From the NCBI GenBank assembly GCA_002010305.1, contig MTND01000022.1, forward strand, positions 110,128-174,127: DNA of 64,000 bases, given 5' to 3'. The DNA comes from Archaeoglobi archaeon JdFR-42 (GTDB taxonomy: Archaea > Halobacteriota > Archaeoglobi > Archaeoglobales > JdFR-42). Made by a program: the position numbers and the translations under genes. Under the pieces are notes generated by a model. The model did not search any database. It was given only the letters and a program-made list of their open reading frames with translations, and was not told the origin of the DNA. Below, piece after piece: positions 49,595-57,468 of this stretch (position 1 is its first letter; every line of letters starts with the position of its first letter).

Positions 49595-52003
49595 TCATTT
49601 TAACAACCTGTCCAGAAATACCACGAAATCCTCTGCCACACCTTCTTCTCCGGTGTTCAGATTGTTCACACAAAAAGGGCATGGAGTTATTATTTTCTCT
49701 GCTCCAACCTCTCTCGCCTGTTTAATCCTCTCTCTTGCAATGGCAGTACTCACTTTTGGATCATAAGCCCTCACTCCTCCACCAGCCCCACAGCAAAACG
49801 AGTACTCTCTGTTCCTTTCCATCTCCACAAAGTCTATATTCTGTATTTTTTTCAGTATTTCTCTGGGTTCTTCATATATCTCAGCATGTCTTCCCAAATG
49901 ACATGGATCATGATAGGTAATTCTGATATTATCGTCACTTTCCATCTCAGGGATCTCGCTGGCTAGAAATTGCACAATATGTTTAATATTGAATTCTCTA
50001 CCCGTCAGTGCTGGCAAATCCTGAGAAAGGGTTTTATAACACCCCGCACAGGATGTTACGATCAGTGGAGGATTTATATTCTCAAAAGCCTCGACGAGCT
50101 TTCTGGCATTTTTTTCGGCCACATCGTCCATACCGACTCGTAGGAGTATGGACGCACAGCATGGCTCGTTTTCGAGCATGGTGAAGTCTATACCCAGCTT
50201 TTTAAGCAATGAGATAGTAGCTTTTGCAATCTCTTTCTCCCTCAATGTTGCCATGCATCCTGCGAAATACAGTAGGGTGTTTTTTCTGTTTTTTATCACT
50301 TCAAAAGCATCATCTAGCCTCTTTTCCTCACCAAATGGGTTGTTTTTAACCAGTATGTTCTCTCCAAATCTGGTAAATTTCTCTGGAAACATAATATTCT
50401 TCCTCCAGTAATGAACCATATTTCCTATATCAATTCCGGTCAGGCAGACCTTTTCACACAGCTTGCAGGTAGAACAGTAATGGAATATATCTCTACTACC
50501 ACCATAACCGCTTGCTATGACCTTGGCCCTAGGAGTATATGCTTCATTTTTTGTCACCACATATATGGGGCATTTTCGACAGAACCCACAGAATGTGCAT
50601 TTTATTAGCTCTCCAAGTCCATCTGGAAAATCAGGAGGAGAATCGAGGATAGTCTCGACCTCATCAGGTATATCCATTTTTCCAGGATTCAGGATTCCAT
50701 CTGGATCGAAAACTTTTTTAAGAGCTTTTATAGTCTCAATTTGCTCTTTTTTGAAGTATCTTGCCCTGATCAATCCCATACCATGCTCTGCAGAGACAGT
50801 TCCTCCTATAGCTCTCACAAATTCGTGAAATTCCTCATAGAATTTTTTCATATTATTTTTCATATCTGAGTTATGAATATCGATAGAAGTGGTTACGTGG
50901 ACATTGCCATCTCCAAAATGACCGAAGGATGCATTGAATATTCCATATTTATCCGATAATTCTTTAACTTTATCCATAAGTTGGGGTATTTTTGAGATGG
51001 GCACTGCTACATCTTCTACCACAGGTACAGCTCTGTAGCCTCTGGCAATATTGGATACAGCTGGATATCCAAATCTCCGAATCTTCCATAATTCATCTCT
51101 CTCTCTTTCATTCTTAGCTACGATAAATCCATCTAGATGATCCTTTATCTTTTCAAAATCTCCATCAGAAAGTTCTAGCAGAACAAGGATCCCCTCTTCT
51201 ATCTGAAGGTTAAAGATGTCTCTAACAGCTTTCAGAAAACCTGGGTCCATCACTTCGATTATATGTGGAAGGACACCTTCTCCATACAGGGCTGTTATGA
51301 AATCAGCAATCTCTTCATAACTGTTGAAATATGATGTTGCGGTGACGATATCCATTTCTCTTGGCAATAGCCTGAGATAAGCTTTTGTTATTACGCCAAA
51401 CACACCTTCAGTGCCAACAAAGAGATGGGTTAGATCCAGACCTTCAGAGTTTTTAAGGGCCATCGAACCAGTCTGGATTATCTCCCCCTTGCCGGTAACA
51501 ACTTCCAGCCCAAGAATATAGTTTCTCGTTGTTCCGTATCTAACACCCCTCATTCCACTGGCATTGGTGGATATCATCCCTCCGATAGTACATACACTGC
51601 TACTCCCTGGATCAGGAGGAAATAGAAGATTGTAATCCTTCAAAAGGGAGTTAAGATCCTCCAGAACTACTCCAGGCTCTACTACAGCAACCAGGCTTGT
51701 TGGATCCACGGAGATAATCTTGTCCATCCTTGAAAGATCCATGATTATGCCACCTGCTACGGGAATAACTGCTCCGGTAACACTAGTACCAGCTCCTCTG
51801 GGGGTGACAGGTATTTTACGGTTTCTTGCAAATTTTATGATTCTGACCACTTCATCGGTAGATTCAGGGAATACGATGGCCTCTGGACTCCCAGTGAATA
51901 TAGAGGCATCAAAGGAATAGGGTTTGGTGTATTTAACCCCTTCATACACCCTGTCTCTTCCAAGTTCCTTTTCCAGCATTTCAATAAAATTCAAATTGGC
52001 CAT
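49595..52003 (-). CDS. fused FAD-linked oxidase (GlcD/D-lactate dehydrogenase-like) plus 2x[4Fe-4S] and CCG-domain (GlcF/HdrD-like) oxidoreductase
   Basis: About 800 aa. N-terminal FAD PCMH domain (PRGAGTS), ferredoxin motifs CTFCGFCRKCP and CSTCKLCEKVC, and CCG motifs (CCASI, FCCGAGGG). The likely start is MANLNF. Confidence 0.8.
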   Translation of the reverse strand: MANLNFIEMLEKELGRDRVYEGVKYTKPYSFDASIFTGSPEAIVFPESTDEVVRIIKFARNRKIPVTPRGAGTSVTGAVIPVAGGIIMDLSRMDKIISVDPTSLVAVVEPGVVLEDLNSLLKDYNLLFPPDPGSSSVCTIGGMISTNASGMRGVRYGTTRNYILGLEVVTGKGEIIQTGSMALKNSEGLDLTHLFVGTEGVFGVITKAYLRLLPREMDIVTATSYFNSYEEIADFITALYGEGVLPHIIEVMDPGFLKAVRDIFNLQIEEGILVLLELSDGDFEKIKDHLDGFIVAKNERERDELWKIRRFGYPAVSNIARGYRAVPVVEDVAVPISKIPQLMDKVKELSDKYGIFNASFGHFGDGNVHVTTSIDIHNSDMKNNMKKFYEEFHEFVRAIGGTVSAEHGMGLIRARYFKKEQIETIKALKKVFDPDGILNPGKMDIPDEVETILDSPPDFPDGLGELIKCTFCGFCRKCPIYVVTKNEAYTPRAKVIASGYGGSRDIFHYCSTCKLCEKVCLTGIDIGNMVHYWRKNIMFPEKFTRFGENILVKNNPFGEEKRLDDAFEVIKNRKNTLLYFAGCMATLREKEIAKATISLLKKLGIDFTMLENEPCCASILLRVGMDDVAEKNARKLVEAFENINPPLIVTSCAGCYKTLSQDLPALTGREFNIKHIVQFLASEIPEMESDDNIRITYHDPCHLGRHAEIYEEPREILKKIQNIDFVEMERNREYSFCCGAGGGVRAYDPKVSTAIARERIKQAREVGAEKIITPCPFCVNNLNTGEEGVAEDFVVFLDRLLK

Positions 52004-52322
52004 CTCTCTCAACGGTAGTTGTTGGATAAGTAAATAAGCTTTCTGGGATTGATGCGACTTAACACACATCCTATTGGCTGATATCTAGAAACATATAATG
52101 AGATTGAATTTTTGTAATTCAGGAGATATTTCAGGTAATTCTCTTTCAATATATCTATCACATCTAAACATAGTGCTGTAAAAGCTATGAATTAAAATCA
52201 GTAAATTATAAGGTAAACAAATTTTGTTTCTAAATTCCTTATTTCCAAAAACTATTTAAATCAATCATTTAGATAACTGCTTGGGATGAATAGGTCATTC
52301 GGATAACTATGGAGGTGATGGG

Positions 52323-53180
52323 TTGAATAGATTCCTGATACTGGTAGTTCTCGTTGCATCTATTGCTGTAGCTACTGCCGAGAACAGCTGTGTAGATTGC
52401 CATAAATCTGTATCTGCTTTTAAACCTGAAGAAATGAGGTTCAATGAAATAAGAAAAGAACACCTTGAGAGGGGTGTATCCTGTTCCCTTGAATGTCATG
52501 AGGACCTCCTTTCAAAATTGGCAAAGAGCAATTACATTCAATGGAGTTCGTCAAAACATGCAATCAGTGGTGTAACTTGTGATAGGTGTCATGGAGGTAA
52601 TCCTGAAACAAGGGATAAGGAAAAGGCACATACTGGGGTTCTCAGGGCCTCAGACCCCGCTAGTTCAATTTATTACATGAACATTCCCTCGACGTGTGGT
52701 GTATGCCATGAGAAAGAATTAGCGGAGTTTACTTTATCAGAGCATTATAAGAAGCTTGAGAACGTTGAATTAGCCCCAACTTGCTCTACCTGTCATCTAC
52801 CTCATGGATTTAAGATCCCAGAGACCACTAACATGGCTGAAATCTGTCAGAATTGTCACAATGGAAATATTGGAGCAGATCCTGAAGTCCCACCTAAAGC
52901 ACAGGAATTACTCAAAGAAAGTTTTGAGCTTAAATCATTGATCAACAAAATGAAAGCTGAAGGAAAAGACGGAGAGAACATTAAGAAAGCGGAGCAAATC
53001 TTGGATACTTTTCCGGTTACTTGGCATGAGTTTAACATAGAAAGACTTGAGGCCGAGATTGATGCAGTGAAGAGTCTCTTAGGGGTTGAAGAAGAGGCTA
53101 AATCAGTTCCAGGTTTTGAGCTCTCAATCATAATTGCAGCCTTTGCTACAGTTATGCTGTTAAGGAGGTTCACAAAATGA
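52323..53180 (+). CDS. multiheme c-type cytochrome (5 CxxCH plus 1 CxxxCH) with signal peptide and PGF-CTERM-like anchor
   Basis: Heme motifs CVDCH, CSLECH, CDRCH, CGVCH, CSTCH, CQNCH. The C-terminus is VPGFELSIIIAAFATVMLLRRFTK. TTG start 5 nt after GGAGGTGA. Confidence 0.85.
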   Translation: MNRFLILVVLVASIAVATAENSCVDCHKSVSAFKPEEMRFNEIRKEHLERGVSCSLECHEDLLSKLAKSNYIQWSSSKHAISGVTCDRCHGGNPETRDKEKAHTGVLRASDPASSIYYMNIPSTCGVCHEKELAEFTLSEHYKKLENVELAPTCSTCHLPHGFKIPETTNMAEICQNCHNGNIGADPEVPPKAQELLKESFELKSLINKMKAEGKDGENIKKAEQILDTFPVTWHEFNIERLEAEIDAVKSLLGVEEEAKSVPGFELSIIIAAFATVMLLRRFTK

Positions 53181-53716
53181 AGGTTTTCTTGCCCTTTCTG
53201 ATTCTTTTTCTTGTAGTCTATGTAGTTTCTGCCACTCCAGAATACGGTGCGAAAGAAAGCAGAAATTGCCCGTTCTGTCATGTGTCAGGAGATTATACTA
53301 GGCTTAATGAAAGGGGGAAATACTACCTTCAGCATAACTATTCTTTTGAGGGATTTATAGAAAAACCCAGAGAAATCAAAAGTAAAGGTGAAGAGCTTTA
53401 TGTAGAATACTGTGAAGGATGCCATGGAAAGAAAGGTGAGAATTTTAATATCGCTGGCCAGGGCAGTGCTGCAAAGGATGCTATAGAAAACGGGAGGATG
53501 CCACCTGGCACTAAGCTGGATCTGAGTGAAAACGATTTGAATGAACTTGTGGCATATATCGATTCACTGGGTGATCAAACATCGGTAAAGGAATCAAGCG
53601 AATCTGAAGTTAGTTATGAGAGTCTGGGCTTTCACATGCCCACATGGGATGTTGGTACCATGGTCGTCCTGATACTTTTTGCTACAATGTTCTTTGTTAG
53701 ATACTGGAGGCTATAG
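53177..53716 (+). CDS. diheme c-type cytochrome with C-terminal TM anchor
   Basis: 179 aa. CPFCH and CEGCH with a GRMPPG Met-ligand region. 4-nt overlap with the upstream gene. Confidence 0.75.
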   Translation: MKVFLPFLILFLVVYVVSATPEYGAKESRNCPFCHVSGDYTRLNERGKYYLQHNYSFEGFIEKPREIKSKGEELYVEYCEGCHGKKGENFNIAGQGSAAKDAIENGRMPPGTKLDLSENDLNELVAYIDSLGDQTSVKESSESEVSYESLGFHMPTWDVGTMVVLILFATMFFVRYWRL

Positions 53717-53727
53717 GGGGTGGGATT

Positions 53728-53994
53728 ATGATAGTGGAGAAAATTGAGAAAGTGGAGAGAAGCCCAAGAGCGGTGAAAATTGGAAGTATAGCTCTTATAG
53801 TTGAGGTAAGTATAGCAGCCCTTTTAAGCTTGTATCTCATTTATCTGCTTGCCCAGCCTCTGACACCTTATGAGATGAGTGTAAGAGTTGGTATGATTCT
53901 ATCTGGTATATTTTTCACAGGTGCAGCCATTGTCTACACCGTCGTGAAAGGATTACTTGATGATGAGTTTGTGACAGTTCTGGAGGAGGATTGA
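53728..53994 (+). CDS. small two-TM membrane protein
   Basis: 88 aa with two hydrophobic helices, embedded in the Rieske/cyt b operon. Confidence 0.5.
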   Translation: MIVEKIEKVERSPRAVKIGSIALIVEVSIAALLSLYLIYLLAQPLTPYEMSVRVGMILSGIFFTGAAIVYTVVKGLLDDEFVTVLEED

Positions 53995-53995
53995 G

Positions 53996-54463
53996 ATGGA
54001 ACGAAGAAACTTCTTAAAACTCATAGGAGGAATATTTGGAGCCATCCTTGCCATCGATATAACTGGAACTCTTATCAGGTTCCTCTGGCCTACAACTACT
54101 GGAAGTGTAACCTCTGGAGAAACTAAGGTCCTTGAGAAAGGAGAGAAACTCAACGTATGGGAGGCAAAACACTTCAATTTCATGGGTAAAGCTGCTATCA
54201 TCGTCAGAACCCCATCTGGTTATCATGCCTATGGAGCCATATGCACACATCTCGGGTGCATAGTCTCTCAAGAACTTACAGATGACGACCTTATGATATG
54301 TCCCTGCCACATCGGCCTCTACGATCCGGAAACAGGCGATGTGGTGGCAGGTCCACCACCGAAACCTCTTCCAGTTATAACAATTGAGGAAAGGGATGAT
54401 GGAGTTTACGCCCTTGGTTGGGAGGATCCAGAGTATCTAAAATCCCTTTCAATGTATGCTTGA
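53996..54463 (+). CDS. Rieske [2Fe-2S] protein with Tat signal
   Basis: 155 aa. Contains MERRNFLK, CTHLGC and CPCHIG. Confidence 0.85.
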   Translation: MERRNFLKLIGGIFGAILAIDITGTLIRFLWPTTTGSVTSGETKVLEKGEKLNVWEAKHFNFMGKAAIIVRTPSGYHAYGAICTHLGCIVSQELTDDDLMICPCHIGLYDPETGDVVAGPPPKPLPVITIEERDDGVYALGWEDPEYLKSLSMYA

Positions 54464-54473
54464 GGTGCCCATT

Positions 54474-55145
54474 ATGATGAAACAGCTTTACGAGTGGATT
54501 GATAAAAGGACTAAATTGAGTAAATACTGGGAACCTATCGCTAGACATCCTGTCCCATCTCATGTATCTGATGGAGTTAGAACAAATCCGGTTTATTGTC
54601 TCGGTGGAATAGCATTTTTGTGCTTCATAATACTGGTTATCACTGGAATGTTCTTGGCCATGTATTACAAACCGACACCAGATGAAGCCTATGAGAGTGT
54701 GCGGTATATCATGGAAGAAGTACCTATGGGGGCTTTCATCAGAAGTGTCCATAGTTGGGCAGCAAACATGATGATTGCAGCAGTAATGCTCCATATGATT
54801 AGAGTGTACTTTACTGGAGCCTACAAGCCTCCAAGAGAACTTAACTGGGTAATAGGAGTCGTCCTGTTCTTGATCACCACAGCGTTTGGCTTCACTGGAT
54901 ACTTGCTTCCGTGGGATCAGTTAGCGTACTGGGCGACGACGATTGGAATTCAGATAACCTCAGGCATTCCAGTAGTTGGACCTTATGTAGGAAAACTGTT
55001 GATGGGTGGAGGTGAAATTGGACCCAATACTCTTTCGCGATTCTACGCAGTCCACACCATCATATTACCCCTCACCCTTGCTCTGCTGCTGGGAATCCAC
55101 TTTTTATTGGTTAGAATACATGGGATCTCCGGGAGGTATTTGTGA
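54474..55145 (+). CDS. cytochrome b6-type (N-terminal half of cytochrome b)
   Basis: 4-TM pattern with conserved His pairs (SVHSWAANMM...MLHMIRV; FYAVHTIILP...IHFLLVRIHG). The ATG follows GAGGTG. Confidence 0.9.
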   Translation: MMKQLYEWIDKRTKLSKYWEPIARHPVPSHVSDGVRTNPVYCLGGIAFLCFIILVITGMFLAMYYKPTPDEAYESVRYIMEEVPMGAFIRSVHSWAANMMIAAVMLHMIRVYFTGAYKPPRELNWVIGVVLFLITTAFGFTGYLLPWDQLAYWATTIGIQITSGIPVVGPYVGKLLMGGGEIGPNTLSRFYAVHTIILPLTLALLLGIHFLLVRIHGISGRYL

Positions 55146-55549
55146 TGAGAGTTAGAGGTCTTTCGTTCTTTCCGAATTTTCTGCTCAGAGAAGTTGTAAT
55201 AATGTTTACTACGGCTGCGAGTATATTTCTCCTTGCATCTATTTTTCCAGCCAGTCTCCTAGATCCAGCGAACCCGTTTGAAACGCCAAAACCCATATTT
55301 CCTGAATGGTACTTCCTTTACGTTTATGGCTTTCTGAAATTCTGGACATGGGATATTGGGCCCATTAAAGCCAAGACAATGGGTATAGTGATCTCTATGG
55401 TATTTTTCCAGCTTCTGCTGATTCTTGTTCCATTTATTGACAGGAATACTGAGGTAAATCTGAAAAAGCGACCCATTGCTGTGATCCTCGGGGTGATAAC
55501 CATTGCGGCGGTGCTCTTCTTTACAATCTACGGAATCGTTTTCGAGTAA
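55142..55549 (+). CDS. cytochrome b C-terminal half / subunit IV (PetD-like)
   Basis: 135 aa with the PEWYFLYVYGFLK motif. Start overlaps the cyt b6 stop. Confidence 0.8.
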   Translation: MMRVRGLSFFPNFLLREVVIMFTTAASIFLLASIFPASLLDPANPFETPKPIFPEWYFLYVYGFLKFWTWDIGPIKAKTMGIVISMVFFQLLLILVPFIDRNTEVNLKKRPIAVILGVITIAAVLFFTIYGIVFE

Positions 55550-55801
55550 AAGCCATCTGGCAACAAAATTTTTAGCCCTTATTTTGATGACTATAGCAGT
55601 CGACAGAGCATTTTCAGCTGATATCTGGGGCTTTTTAATTCTTTTTGGTTTTTCAGGTGTATTAGCTCTTTATCCATTTATTAAAAAGTAACCTGTCCTT
55701 TGTTAGGTGACCCTGTTTTGTGTGTTGGATATATCCTAAAGTGTATCTTATAGCAGTCATGTGATGATTGTTCGTAGCATTCATCAGGATTAATTTTGGA
55801 T

Positions 55802-55843
55802 ATTGTCAGCAAAAACTGACAATTTGTAAAACATAGTTTTACA
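55802..55843 (-). repeat. bipartite palindromic element, copy D
   Basis: The + strand reads ATTGTCAG-CAAAAA-CTGACAA-TT-TGTAAAAC-ATA-GTTTTACA. Lies in the 650-bp gap between the Rieske/cyt b operon and the tetraheme-FeS-NrfD operon. Confidence 0.75.
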
Positions 55844-56205
55844 ACAGCTCTAATACAGTTCTGTGATACTTCCAGTAATTTTTAAGGCCAATTAAAGAAA
55901 TATCCATTCTCATTTTAGGTTGTGTGATCAGAGTTTGTGATTATACTTTAAGTGCTGTCTCTCTATCTTTTATATTTTACCTATCGCCCTCTGGTATGTT
56001 TTTTAGTCTTTTTTTCACCTAAGATTTATAGAATCATCGGTAAAGATATATTTTTTAAAAATCACCTGTATAGTCTGTTTGATATAGAAATTATCCTATT
56101 TAATAATGCATGAAATATTTATGTAATAAATCCATTTTCGAAAAATTAATATATGCATCGTTTAGAGTGAGCTTGGGTCTTTGTTATTTATTTGGAGGAT
56201 ATGAC

Positions 56206-56649
56206 ATGAGAAAAATCCATGTTAGGGTGGCAATGGTCTATATCGTGATTGCAATAATATTTCTGATAGTTAGGAGCTTTATTGTCCCCCCTTCATTTGG
56301 GGAATACGGCTGGTATCGTGGCGATTCGGTCAGTGAGATAATGAACCTCTCTGTCAAGCATGCCGGCTCATATTCCTGCTCGAATTGCCATCAAACGGAA
56401 TATAAGGCCTGGACTACCGGAAAACACAGCACAGTCAACTGTGAATCCTGCCACGGTCCTCTGAAATATCATGTTGATGATCCTGGAGGTAGTAAGGTTG
56501 AAGTTAATGCCACAAGGGAGTTCTGTGGTCTTTGTCATAATGAAAATCCCTCAAGACCGGAAGGTTTCCCCCAGATAAATCTTGAGAGCCATGGAAATGG
56601 TTTCACATGTGTGACCTGTCATAATCCCCATTACCCCTGGTTTGATTAA
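56206..56649 (+). CDS. membrane-anchored tetraheme c-type cytochrome
   Basis: N-terminal TM segment. Heme motifs CSNCH, CESCH, CGLCH, CVTCH. The ATG follows GGAGG. Confidence 0.8.
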   Translation: MRKIHVRVAMVYIVIAIIFLIVRSFIVPPSFGEYGWYRGDSVSEIMNLSVKHAGSYSCSNCHQTEYKAWTTGKHSTVNCESCHGPLKYHVDDPGGSKVEVNATREFCGLCHNENPSRPEGFPQINLESHGNGFTCVTCHNPHYPWFD

Positions 56650-56661
56650 GGAGAGGAGAGT

Positions 56662-57468
56662 ATGAAATCAACAAGAAGAGAATTCATAAAAAACTTTGGG
56701 AAGATAATCCCTGTGGTGTTTTTTGGTCTCTCTTTCAAAAAATTTATCGAGACTGTATCAGCAAAAGAAAATGCCTCGACTCATCATCCTGGCGGGGACT
56801 ATGACTGGAATCAGCATTATTATGCCTTTGTGGTCGATTCAACAAAATGTATTGGGTGTGGAAGATGTGTTGTAGCTTGTAAGGAAGAAAATGATGTCCC
56901 AAAAGAACCCTTTTATTTCAGAACGTGGGTAGAACGGTATGTTTGGCTGAATGGTGAGGAAGAAGTAAAAGTTGACTCTCCGAATGGAGGGTTTAATGGT
57001 TTTCCTGTGATATACGATGAAAAAGAGATACGGAAGAGTTATTATGTTCCAAAATTATGCAATCAATGTGATCGCCCTCCATGTGTGCAGGTATGTCCTG
57101 TAGGGGCCACATATAAAACCAATGATGGTGTAGTTTTGGTGGATGAGAAATACTGCATTGGATGTCGATACTGTATTCAGGCATGTCCATATGGTGCCAG
57201 GTACCTGTATCCGAAACATGGCGAAAGAGAGCCCAGAAGGAACACTGCCGATAAATGTACGTGGTGTTATCACAGGATCACCAAAGGTCTAAAACCAGCC
57301 TGTGTTGAGGTATGTCCTGTAGGGGCTAGGAAATTCGGGGATTTGAAGAATCCAGATGATGAGATTAATAGAATTCTTGATGAGAATCGAGTGGATGTCC
57401 TGAAGCCAGAAGCAGGGACAAGGCCAAAAGTGTTCTACCTTGGAATAGATGGTGCGGAGGTGAGATAG
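56662..57468 (+). CDS. NrfC/PsrB-type 4Fe-4S cluster protein with Tat signal
   Basis: 268 aa. STRREFIK plus four ferredoxin-type Cys groups (CIGCGRCVVAC, CNQCDRPPC, CIGCRYCIQAC, CTWCYHR). Confidence 0.85.
   Translation: MKSTRREFIKNFGKIIPVVFFGLSFKKFIETVSAKENASTHHPGGDYDWNQHYYAFVVDSTKCIGCGRCVVACKEENDVPKEPFYFRTWVERYVWLNGEEEVKVDSPNGGFNGFPVIYDEKEIRKSYYVPKLCNQCDRPPCVQVCPVGATYKTNDGVVLVDEKYCIGCRYCIQACPYGARYLYPKHGEREPRRNTADKCTWCYHRITKGLKPACVEVCPVGARKFGDLKNPDDEINRILDENRVDVLKPEAGTRPKVFYLGIDGAEVR

Noticed and set aside
52175-52240. Further degenerate copies of the bipartite element: CTGTAAAAGCTATG at 52177; TATAAATC-ATA-GATTTTACAA at 1773; TTACAAAAATTTGTAA at 59363
   Set aside because: Each matches only one arm or one hairpin, so they are not counted among the six copies. 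They need a statistical model to evaluate.
55503-55691. Full 62-aa track ORF overlapping the end of the PetD-like gene
   Set aside because: Its first half is out-of-frame overlap with a well-supported gene. Only the distal 34 codons are considered, and those only as a low-confidence finding.
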